Origin: Lingula anatina
Lineage: Eukaryota; Animalia; Brachiopoda
Assembly: GCA_051362555.1 (NCBI GenBank)
Contig: CM120641.1
Span: 4,712,001-4,776,000 of the forward strand
Length of the DNA stretch: 64,000 nucleotides
Direction: 5' to 3'
A model generated the notes under the pieces. The model was given only the letters and a program-made list of their open reading frames with translations, did no database searches and had not been told where the DNA came from. Below are positions 11,844 to 24,800 of the stretch, piece after piece; position 1 is the first letter of the stretch, and the number at the start of each line of letters is the position of its first letter. Both the position numbers and the translations under genes were made by a program.

Positions 11844-14800
11844 ATGAGTATAGGTCCGCCCCATCACCTTGGTGTTTCTCCGGTGACTGTCTCCAGCGCG
11901 GCCGCTATGTCAGCCGTCCTAGGGTCCCCGACGGCCGGGTACTCTGCCGCCAGCTCCCACCACCAGCAACAGAGAACTCCATTCGCTATCCAAGAACTGT
12001 TGGGGTTGCGGCAATGTGACATGAATCGTATAGGGGATTCCGGCCTGGTTGCCCCTACTGCCGGCTATATGGCTTGCTCTCTGCCTGCCCACCACGCTGC
12101 CCAGCTGAGCGACCCCCACGGGGCAATGTACGCCTCTGCCTGGAGACACGGCTTCGTGAACCCCTACGCTGCGGCGGCGGCGGCGGGAGGAGCGCATGGA
12201 CAGGGCCTCTTGGCGATGCACCATGCCACACACGCAGCCACGGCCAGCTCGCACTCGGGTGAATCTACATCGGCTGCAGGTTAGAACCTCTTGTTGGCAT
12301 TTTTTATTGTTTTATTTTTCTGCTGCATGTGTGAGTTCCGGGCCCCGTGTCCCGTGCATGTGAGAGTGTTGAGATAATTGGCCCGTGTCTCTGAAATGTT
12401 GTTGGGTGATTGTCTGTCTGGTTCGCATATGTGAAGTATTCCGGAAGAACGCTTGTAAAAATAATACCAGATCAAAATGCTATTTTGTTCATTCTGTCTT
12501 TCGTATAGAATAAAACATTCTTAACGAGGTTTAAATATTTTTATAATGTATAATATTTTTACAACAAAGTCTATTTTAGATAGTACGCCGGCAAATTTAT
12601 TGTTCCTAATTTTGACTTTATTTATTAACTGAGTATTTCATTGACTACTACACTAGAATCTTATTATTTAGAGATGACACTCCTGTTTTTGTCAGAGAAA
12701 ACATTATTCCCATAGATATACATTATTTTGTATGTGCAGATGCAATTTTCAATATCCGTTACTAGGACTTGAGCTCTTTAAGTTCGGACATCACCTTTTT
12801 GATAATTATTTGATTGCTGTGCTCAATGTTAATCTTTAGGAAATACTCATTTGGAGGAGACCGAGACCCTTCCCTTTAATAAAACTATAATTTTCTTCCT
12901 GGTGGATGTAAAACGTTTGGGTAGTGTTGCCAAAAAACGAGGTATACTTTAGAGTGATATATATGAATATTAAAATGCTGAAATATTTGTATGAAATGAA
13001 TTTCTTTAAAATTAGATTTCAATATCAATAAAATGCCCTAAATTCCTACATCAGGGGGCTTTTGAAACACTATTTTGAAGTAAACCTTTGACCACTTGAT
13101 TGTTACGAAAGAGGTCGTGTTTTTGAGGATTCACGTATCTTTTTTGTTTCTTGTGTAATTCTTATTAATTTCATTTTAAGGAGACAGCTATATCGGATGG
13201 TTTGCAACGAAATATACCTTCCGAAATGTCTTTTTCTACTAGTACAGCACATATGTATTCGTCAATAAGAAAATTATGAAAGATGTTTGTCCAGTTGTAC
13301 CCTTCTTACTCTTCATTGACAATACGAAATTGTTATTGCATAAATTTAGTCCAGCTTATATCGAAATGAAGATAATCTTTGGGGTGTGCACAAGTAAGTA
13401 TCTTGTTTATCAAAAAACACCATTTTCACATAATTTTACTTGTTTTGTTCAATTTCTATCTACTAATGAAAATATGAATGCTAAAAGTGTGCTGATTGAA
13501 AATAGGGGGAAAATCTTGAACCTTATATGAAATATAGATAACAAGATGTTAAATAGGATGTCCTTCTAAATCTAAAATACTTGGCTGAATAGTCAAAAGA
13601 CTGTACTTTACGGTGATTAAAAAATGCAGCTTTGGTCGTGCTCAGGACAAGTAGAATTCTAAATTTTGGAAATCCGTCAGCTTTCTACATTTTGCAGCGC
13701 TAAAATAGGTTTTGGCAGAGCGGTTAGTCGGGCGTCTTGTTTCCATCGCCAAATGTATACACAGTTTATTATTAATCTATTCTCATTGTTAATAGATTAA
13801 AGATCCCCGCAACACATTTTTAACTTCCATGCTTGAAAATTCGCTCTTCTTCAAGTAATAAAACCCCTTCTCTCTCTCCTCTCTCTTTCTCTCTCTCTCC
13901 CTCTGTCATACAATTAATGTATTTCCATTACTTCCTTTTGAGAGGGTGCGAGTTTTTCCGTGGCATACACGTATGGAAGTAAGTGTTAATAGGGTGCTAA
14001 TAAAAGCTACAGATGCATATCACTTGATGGTAGTGTTATATTGACTTTATCACCTCGAGTGCTCTATCCCGGCTGCTTTTATTTCGCAGAATATGTATTT
14101 GATAGAATAGATGCGGAGAACTACCAACATCGGATTCAGAAGAACTCTCTGACGCGTGAGCAAATTTCATATATGACATTTGCAAATAGCTGTGTCTCTT
14201 TCGTCTGAGTACTGTTTCGGTAAATACGAGCTTTGTGCTTGGATTCACTCGTGTGGCTTTTCTTACATGTGAACTCGAGCAACTTTGGGTTTGGTATCCC
14301 CAAAGGCTCACTTGTGATTTCGAATTGTTGACACGGAGATGATGGACTTTACCCGGTTTTTTCCTAACAGCCATGCAATACCGCATTGCTGAGACCCATT
14401 ATTAAAACGTGTCAATTGAGTTGAAAGTTTTTGATAAAAAGAAAGCGAAACGCAAATACACATTTTATCGTCGATTAAATTTAAATAATGGGAAATCATT
14501 GTCTTACAGCTACCTATACTTTTCGGATACAATAGATGGGAGAAAAAATAAAAGCATTACTAGTTTAAAATAGTTTAGGTAATAAAGACATGTTTTTATA
14601 GCACCTGTTATTGTCTGTTCGAAGAATCCATGCCTACTAAGTTAATCAACAGTTCACGGCATTTATACCACTTATCTCGTTCTTAGCCGGCGTTTATTGG
14701 TCTGACTGATATCGTCATCGTCTTCTTCACATTACCCATCTGATAACAACAGCGTTCGATCAACAAATTATGATCTGGCAAAGCTGAGCTTTTATCAGTT

Positions 14801-15799
14801 TGTTAAGGATCGGAATCCCTTCTAAGTGAGATCAGGCTGGCTTCTAATGTTTTAACGAGACCTAGGGGTCAAATTAAGGAGCGACCAGGGAGAGGAAAGG
14901 TGAACTGAAGGTCCGGGGTCACACCTCCTCCATAGCACATTCCACTCAATTTAATGAATATGTACTGTTTTATATGATTGCTCAATTCCCCATTGTAATT
15001 TCAATGCTCATCGTATTTATTCAGACGGTAATTCGCCCAAGCGCCCCGGTAGAGAGACCCTTCAGTTTGCCATGAGAGACCGACGCGCGCATCGCCCAGC
15101 ATGAAAACTCAGAAAATTCAATAAATATTTACCACCTATTGAATTAAAGGTTGAAGAAGTCATGTAGCACAGCTTCTCCAAAGACGAACCATCGGAAAAT
15201 TGAATTTGCCGGAGTGCCCGTATTAAATATCAAATTCAAATTACGACGGAAATTCAGTTGTGATCAGAAGAATATATCACTCTAATTAGTGCACGTCTAC
15301 GAAATAATATCTGTTCGCATTGAAAAGAGGCATAACATTTACCTGTGCATTATGAAAACTTCCTTCCCTTAGCTCTCAAATAGTGGTACTTAATCCGAAC
15401 ATTTTCATTTGAAATCAATAACGCACATAACGTCTAATGTGTTGCTTCTCAACTTTCGTTTTAGATCGGTTTTACTGTAAGTTATTTTATTTCTATTTAA
15501 GTTATTACTTTTGACAACGCGAGCACTTTTTCTCGCGGTTTTTATTTGCTTTGAGCTTTTACATCTGAAAAGTGGTTCAGATTTGCTTGTTAAAGGTCCA
15601 TCGATTCTGATCTCGCTCATCTCTAAGGACCATGTATTTGATTAAAACACTTGTAGCAAACTTGTTTTCAGCTATGATTTAGTTAGGCCAGAAAGGCTTG
15701 TCTAACTCGTACAAAATAGAAGTCTCTCAGCCTCTCGCGTCCTTGTACTGTCTGCTTGCTTGCAATCGGTTGTTCCCCTCATCCTCTTTTCCATTTCTC

Positions 15800-15838
<39 letters not shown>

Positions 15839-18800
15839 CATCCCCCTTCCCCCACTCTCTCTCTCCCACCTGGGATTACTGCCTATTACTCCCCCTGATT
15901 ATGTGAAATTATAGCTGATTAAATGATCGCTAACTTTTGAAACGCAATACAAAAACCTAATTTCAAAATTACTAAACATATACACTTGACATATCGCTCT
16001 AATCACCTTAATGCTCTTACAGGTTGTAATTGTCTTTTTTATCAATACTTTCAAAATATGATGTTTTATGAGTGGTGCTTTCTGCTATCAGCCTCATCAT
16101 TTAATTGCAACTTTTGCATATTTTATGAAACTTATTGGAATGAATAGATCATTACAGCAATTAAGCCTGGGAAAAATTAGCACTATTTTTTTCATATCGG
16201 CCTTTTATCACAGAGTGCACTATTTATTCGTATATCAATGTAGAATTCCCTGGTGTGCAGTTCTTTCAAAAAGATCCTCCATTTTAAACCAGAACATGGC
16301 GAGACGGAAGCGGTTTAGTCGTATTATTTCACCTACATATTTCGAATTTAGATTGAAATCGTATTCTCTGCAGTATATTTCCTTAAGCATTGTCAACTGA
16401 ACGCAAATAACTTTTTGCATATATTATGAAATTTTTTTGAAGCTTAACGGTTGGCAAAGTATCTTTTGAATGTCTTCCTAACTCATTTTGCCCAAATTTG
16501 TTATTTTGTGTGAAATAACTATTGCTTTGTGATCACATTTTACAGATATACCATTTGCACATGCAATGAGTGGTACAAAGTTCTGGTCTTATGTATCTGA
16601 CAAATAGATGATATTTTGTCAACCGCCTTTAAAATGAGAACATAGAGCAAACGCACTCTAACACGTTCGTAGAGATTAATAATGCTGGTGATAATTGATC
16701 TTATCACTAGAATCTTAACAACAGAATTTCGTCATGAGCGTGGATTTTCAATAGCGCCACCCATAAAGAAGAGCGCTTCATAATTACACATTGAACGGCA
16801 TTCTGGACAAGACGAACTGATTGAGCTTTTCGTCAGTAATTAGTAGCTAGTTTCCTCGCGCTTTGGACATGACAGTTCATCAGGAAATCAATTTACGCCC
16901 TGTTAACTACTTGTAGTTGCCGTTGTTGGTGCAATGTAGTACATGTACGGTGGTCCTGACTAGTCATATCGCAATCAAACTTGCTCCATATTGCATGCTT
17001 ATGCTGCCATGGTTTGCCCCATTGTCTTGAAGACGGGGGAAGTGGGGGGCGGGGGGGGGGGGGGGGAAGGTAGACGTGGCTTCTGTTGCCCAATAGAAAC
17101 ATGACTGAATTAGCTATTCGCATCGAATACGTAACAGTAATTTTGACGGTTCCATTTAATTGCTTATGCAGGCATTACCTCTGCTGCACAATATATCTTA
17201 GGTGAAAAAATTCCAGGCAGAACAGCAGACATGCCTCCTCGCTTCGCTCCACCTTAAATTACAACGTGACGAATTCAAAGCAAGGAGAATTCTTACCCAC
17301 CCCCCACCCCCCGTGCCCCTCCTTTACCTGCTGTCTTTAAAGTCTCAGTTCTGCTTGCGTTTGATTCAGATGTTTGCAAACAAAAGACACAATTTTAATC
17401 ATTTTTCTACTATGGAAAATCACTTATTATGTATGCATATCTAAGTATTTTCTAATTAAAGGCCCTCTTCTTACGCGTGGAAGAAAAGCCAGGTAACGTC
17501 TGGTTCTTCATCGAACGTGATTTGGTTAAAGATTATATCTACTTTTGTGTTACTTTTATATCATCGCACAGCGCAACGATCCCTTTTTCTAACATGCTGG
17601 ATTTGAGTTTTCAAGCCAAGAAAGTAATGGCGTTCCTCCCAACCCTCAATAATTTTTTGGCATATAGATATTTTAAATAATTGTTTCGTTTTTACTTTGA
17701 TAGGCTGATTTTTTTTAAAGATATGCATACCTCCTAAGCTAAACGTTGGCAGTGCCAATGGTTTATGTACGTCACCATCAGGAGCAGAAACAAGGGGTGG
17801 GAACAGCATTAAATAATTATAATACACGGAAAGCACTGAAAAAAATCAATGTGTCAACTAGTCTATATCACTTTTGTTTTTGGAATAATGAAACTGGTAG
17901 CAACAATAAATCATCAATAATTGTAATGATGCTAATAGCCACCAGTTTAAAAATGTATGGTTTTTATATTGCCAACATTATATTTTACGGACTAATTGAT
18001 GACACTCACTGAAAGAGCTTCGTCGATCTAATAGTCCTGTCATTAGCATGAAGCTTGACGGTGTGCAGCGAAATGTTATTATTAATTTATCGTAGCTAAT
18101 TCAATTAATACATGAGAGCAAGTCAGACAACTAACTAATTACTTAAAAGCACATCCGTTTACCTGCCCTCACTTGCCCGATCGAACATTTTAACCTGGAT
18201 ATCTTTTCAGTCCTGATTAATGTAATAAATAAAGTTGCCTTTAGGAAGAAGAAAAATAGTTCGCGCTAAAAAAATGGAAGTATCGACACGAAAAAAGTCG
18301 TTCTATCTCTCTATATGGTGACATTATAGACACCGCTGCTCGTTGTTTATATTGTGGTTAAAATTAGCGTCGTTAAAATTAATTATTTCCAATTATGTTG
18401 GCTATAGACAATGTTTTTTGTTTTGTTTTTGTATTTTAAAAAATCACGTTTCGAGGGCAATTAGTAACTTTCACCAACGAGTGAACTTTTAATATTACTT
18501 TGATTAATATATTGATACAGTGTGTGAATTTAATTAAATATTATTTTGTAAGTTTGGAAAAGAAGTCTACACCAAACTGTACTTTCTGTGGATATTAAGA
18601 TTGATAAGAATCGATTTACGTTAAGAATGTTCTTAGCATGTGATTGGAATTCTTCACGACTCAAATAAAAGTACTAGTCATGTTTGTTGACAATAATTGA
18701 GAGAACTGAACCAAGTATTTCAAGTCTAACATGCCGTTATAGATATTGCCCAAAGTATAAATAATAAAGCGTAAATGAATAGCAGCATGCTGGTTGAGAA

Positions 18801-21800
18801 CAAATTAGGAAAATCCTAGTAAAGAAAAAAGTCACAACTACACAACTGTAGCTTTGAAGAATGCACTCGCAGCCGAAATATACCCATGACCAAAGAGGTT
18901 TAAGTTTTACCATTTTTATGTAGTTATCAACAGCATGAGGCTCTGCTAACGAATCGGTTGTCACTCCCCAAAGCACAAATGCCCAATTACTCAAAAACTG
19001 TCTTCCAAACTTATCTACATAATAGCCATATATCATTCGACTGTCTTAAAAACTATCATGATGACGGTAATTACGACATTAGATAGAGTCATTAACGCGT
19101 CGCTTGAGCCCCGGTCCCGTATCAATAGTGTTCGGTTAAAAGATCTAGACATATTAATAATATTAATCAAGCATCACACACAATTGGAATTTGATTCATT
19201 TAGTCTTTAAGGAAATTATGAAAACATTTTTGTCGTGCAGGTATAGAAAATCTTAATTGCTTATTTATTCGTTTTTGATTTGCGTTATTGCTTTAGATGC
19301 TTGGATTTGTTTACCTTTGTGGTATTAAGAATTTTTGTCTTTATTTTTCTCAGATTGTGATGAAGATCTGTCCGACAGGCATGGGACAGCCGAGAGAGGG
19401 ACGTCTGGTAAAAAGAAGAAAAAGAAAAGAAGACATAGGTATTTAGTTTCATTATTTGTTCCTACTCGCAACCAGTTGCTTCCGTTGTGCTGTTAAAGTA
19501 ATCAACCGTGATATTTGACGTGTGATATATTGAAAATTATTAAAACCTCTTTGATTTCTTTGTGTCTCAGACAAGGATAAATAACTATAATCAGAGCGAA
19601 GATATGACAGATGTGTGTGTGCAAGTACGGGTATATTCTGTTTGAAAGTTTAAAAAATACATCAGATCCAAGAGTAAAAAAAAAAAAACAAGGGATATTG
19701 GATAAAACGTATCAATTTACACTCTCGTGGGTATGCCATTGTTTGTTTTCAGCATTTATTCCACCATTTGATGAATTTTTTGAGGAAATTAGAATACACC
19801 ACTTCACAATATAAAAAGATTGGAGTATCAAAAAATGAGCTGGGAATTCTTTATGAGAAGTACTTCAAATTTTATTTACAACCCAATTTTAATTTCCCGA
19901 TTATATTTTTCCTCCACATTGCTATGGACACAGATTGAAAAATCCAGCCACGTCGTCATCCTGGCCACGATATAGATTTTTGCCAAATTACTTCTCACAA
20001 TTACTATTAACGCAGGAGAACGGTATAGATGTCATCTTAATGGCACAATAACTAGTCGTATACTATTCCTCCTTGTCATCTGGAAGAAATTACGGTTATT
20101 TTCCGAGTGAAATTGCCTCCTCGTATCTTCTTCCCGTAACCCATCATTTCAACTGCTGTTTCATTGGCAAATTCATCTATTATGCACCGGGCCACTGAGC
20201 CGTGAGATATAAATGGAGTTTCTTTATTGAATTTACTAATGGTTATTTTCTGAATTAATTGGGAGCTTTGCAGGCCATTTTGTGAAGGCTGTGCTTCCAG
20301 TGGTGTTGACATATTTCATTACGTGATAACTGAAGCAGTATTATGCTTTTATCACTTTTGGCAGTTGGAACCAAGAGGTAATATTTTTTGTGCAAAATTT
20401 GGTAGCACTGAGCCTTCCACGGTAAAAGGTTTTGTAATTTTGTGTGAGTTGATTGGAATAATTATATTACAATGCAGTCAAACGTATTTTATTTTATTTC
20501 ATTTTTCTAGATTCTTTTTATGCATAAGAGTTTGTCAAACTTGCTTGCGATTGAAAAAAGTGTTTGTCTGTTACCGGTGCTTGCTACAAATTCGACCAAG
20601 AGGCAACTGCAACTGATAAAATTATCTGCACAGTTCGTCAATTTATTTTTGATTCAGTTTCACATTTATTCTTTATTTATTTATTTATTTATTTTTGTGA
20701 AGTATTGAATCACAGCACACAAGGAATGCTGATAAGTTAAATAATAAAAGCCTATGAAAAGTTAAGAAACCACAATTGCCCATTTAACCTTTTGTGTTTT
20801 CACTTTATTTTCGTATAATATTAGAAAAAGGTAAAAATGAGTGTATCATTTTGACATCCTCAACTTAAAAAAAAAGGGCACATGCGTCATTTAGAGAAAG
20901 TTAATGGTTAAAGGTTGCAAATGTGCGGAATTGTTACCGCTGTTGATGATGTTACCAGAGGATCCTCGAAAGTAATTTATTTAATGGGTCCTAGTGTTAC
21001 GTAATATTAAGTCATGTTTTTTGGTCACAACTGATAAAACTGAGGTGATGATAAAAAGATGAATTAAAGCTTCTTGGCGGTCAGATAAAAAACGAAGAAA
21101 GACAAGGTGTAACTGAAAAAGATATCTGGTAAAAACACACAAAAAATTAAAGATTTGCTTTGGGTGCCACCACACCAGACACAAACACAAGAGTTTGGGT
21201 GACCACAATGACAATCAAAAAATGATGTTTTTAAAACCCGTGATGACTGTTAGGTAAAGGCAACTTACAGCTGCCCGTCCTTCGATATTCAAGCATCCAC
21301 CAGGAGAGGTGACAAACATTTTAACAATTAGGTCACAAAGGATGTCTCCAGTTCCTTAAATCTCTCGCAGAGGTTTCCTAGATTTGGTGTTTGATTTTTG
21401 GCATTGAAAGGGCAAAAGAGGAAGCTTACCCTGCCTCAAATATAAGATAAGAATGTTACCGAACCTTTCAGCAAGGAGTTATAACAGTTATAACTCCTTG
21501 CTTTCAGTAACTAGTGGCAAAAGGTGGATCAGTTATATGGGCAGGGGGTTCCAGGGATTCGAAAAAAACGCTATAACCGGATAAGGTCCACCTCTGAATC
21601 AAAATTTAATCTAGATAATATGCCTTTATTTCAAGTTGGATCAACCAAGGAAGAAGATATTTACTTCCTTGGGTCAACAAAGGGGGTAAAAAAGGTCCAC
21701 TTTTTCAGAAGAAGACCCCCCTCTCAACATCTTGGCAATACGCCTGCCTATTCATATATGATTAAAGAAACTACGGCAATTGTCAAGGTGCAGCAGCTCA

Positions 21801-24800
21801 GCAAATGAAAGCAGCACGGAAGCTTGGCCCCAATGACAGCTCTTTAACTCAGGTATACGAGCTGAGATTTTCTAAAGTGACGATGCCCATTAGGCGATTA
21901 GACAATTGGTTCATTGATTGATCCTATTCTTTTATATTAGTTTTATTTCTAAGAGATGAGGGGTTAGTAAATGGAGCCTTAGGCTCTCAGGCACAAAGTG
22001 GTATTTTTACAGGGAAGCTACCAATATAAAAATCGGGTTTACTGTTGAATTTGGTAATGATTCTCTGATTTCTGTTTCAATATGCTTCACGGGACGTGGA
22101 ACTGGAACCCAATATATACCCGCATATATCGCTCATAAATACTCCTCTGGAAAGGAACGTATATTAGGGTTTGGAATTTTAAAACAAGCATCAAATTGCA
22201 AACAGGCTATGAATACGTCACTGGATTAAGAACAGTCCAGTAAAGAACGCCTACACTGGATTAAGAAGTGTCCAGTTAAGAACACCTCCGCTATTTCCCA
22301 TGTACACCTAGAGTTATAGTTGACCTAATTACCGATGTGTCTTGGCAGGGAAGTCCTCTTAACAAGACACACCATAGCACAATTGGCCATATCTGGAAAT
22401 CGTAACCATAATACTTTCCGTCTTGTCTTGTCAATGGTGAAATCTAATTTTCCAACTCGTGGGCGCTGACAGTCTCAGAACCTATGAGTTTCGAAATGCC
22501 GAAGGCCTGTATCGAAAAATCTTAAGGGTGGTCTCATCGACCGACCACATCGGCTTAACAAAACGTTATATTCAACTGAACACTACGTTTTGAAACTAAC
22601 GGTTTAAAAAACTCATAATAATTAAGAAATGCCATAAGTTAAAGGTATTAATGTCATAAGAAATCTGCTTATGTAAGATATATCCTGAAATATGTTGAAG
22701 GAAGTCATGCCGGCAAAGCGAATTTTACGAGTAGCTTTTTATATTGAAGAAATGTGTTTCAACTTTTTTTGTGTGTCCAAAGTAAAGGTATAATTACTTC
22801 GAGGTGATTTAAAAGATTATTTACTGATGAAAGTGCATGTGAGTTTTAGGAAGGGTTCTTTACTATTTATATCTTGCCATCTATTTCATACTTACTGATG
22901 TTCTTTGGTCTTCAGAACAATCTTCACAAGTCAACAAATTGAGGAGTTAGAGAAGGCTTTCAAAGATGCTCACTACCCAGACGTATACGCAAGAGAGGTT
23001 CTGGCTCTGAAAACAAACTTACCAGAAGACAGAATACAGGTATATGTGTAAACAGGTTGTGAATATATATCTCAAACAAAACATCATAGATGAGTGTTAG
23101 CCTGTTTCCAGGTACCTCCTTGAAGTTATTTCACCTGTAAAGAATCTTTTAATTTCACTCTTTAAGTTTCTTTAATTGTTATCAATTCAGACTGTCTTCT
23201 TTTCTAACCCCACTCTACCACGCCCGTCCCCCAGAGGCAGTCAAGTACGGTTGTCTAGATTTTATTATCTTTAGTAAAGAATATTGAAGTATCTGTGTCA
23301 GCACGAGTGGGTGAGTTATAAGTACATACTCCATAAAACGGGTAAGAAAACCCCATTGTTTCATCTATCTTCCCTTGCAGACATTTATTTCAACATAACA
23401 TCATAGAGTACTCGAGCCCGGCATTAACCAGCTTTCAAATCGTTTAAGTGGAAACAGAGATCTGCCATGTATAATTAATCTAAAAAAGCACTCGAAAATA
23501 TTTACTTAGGCACATCAATTACTATCCTTTTAGGTTTGGAATTTTGAATTTGTGACAATTATTATTTCATTAATTCTGCCATGCAGTTCCCCCGAGAGAA
23601 GTTTCCCCGTCTACATGTATGCAAGCAAATGAGAAATACAGCTAGTCAATTCGTTTATGTTTGCTTAGTATTCGCGTTTGATCGATTAGGGCCTTTCCTC
23701 GGAGGATTTCTTGTAAGAAATTTGATTTCAGCTAATTGATTTGTGTGCAAAATGCCAGTTTTGACAGAAAGGTAATTTTTCAATTGAATTTGCTCGTATT
23801 ACAACGTTGCTTGAGACACGAGCCAGGCTTCAATAGAGAAGCTAGGGAATCCATTTTTTAGAACTTTAGTGACTTGACGGTAATTTTCCTCAAACAGAAC
23901 AAGACTAATTTGCCAAATCAAACGATTCCGAGCTGTGCTTCTTTGTTCCCAAGTACAGATCGCATTAATAAGTCTTTTGTAGCGATCCATAAGTGAAAGG
24001 AAATTATAAGGTGATCCGAACGCTCACCTCAATGTAAAATTATCGTTATTATCTGATTATATTGTGCGCTAAGGGGGCCAGGGCCAGTCACGACTTCCTG
24101 TTGTGTGTCTTGGCTTGGGCAAAGTCAATTCCTGCCTATTCACGAACACAATGTCTCCGTGATTACATTAAATTTACCCACACAGAGATCACAATTGTTT
24201 TTAGAAAACGATGAGGCGTTTTTCTGACGCTTGTCATGAATCCATCGTGATCTCTACAGTTCCGCGTCAAAAAAAGTACTCGATTGTGACGCGAGACACG
24301 TGTGCGTTTTTATTATTAAAAGCATGTCCTGGGAGGAAAGGATCAAAGTTACCCCGTTCTACGAGGGACATCTTTTGATCTATGGACACCAATATCTTGA
24401 TTAGATTATTTCATTATTAGACTACTAATGACTAAAATACAAAAGGTTTAATAAGCGCAGTAGGCCTATGATCAACAAGATGACAAATTGATCGTCCTTT
24501 TTAGATCCATATTACTGCAAATAACTAATTCTATTTCAATCTATATCTTTATTCTATCTCTGGTTCTCGGAGGTTAACCCGTTCTCTACCTGTTTTATTT
24601 TCCCCTTTGCTTTTATTTTCTTTATCCATTCTTTTTGCTTTCCTTTGTCATCCATTTTGCCGCCTGCAATCGACGACTTTTCTTTTCTGTGCGTTTGTCA
24701 TCATCATCATGACGGCATTGGTCAAATTCTTCCTGCCTTCTGATTAATACAGATTTTAATTAACGTCTGCACCAGAAAAGGTAATCGGCTTGTTATTCAA

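Noticed and set aside
17036-17070. G-rich run as a G-quadruplex (similar run at 47049-47064)
   Set aside because: Simple homopolymer runs are common here and their length is error-prone; there is no evidence of function.
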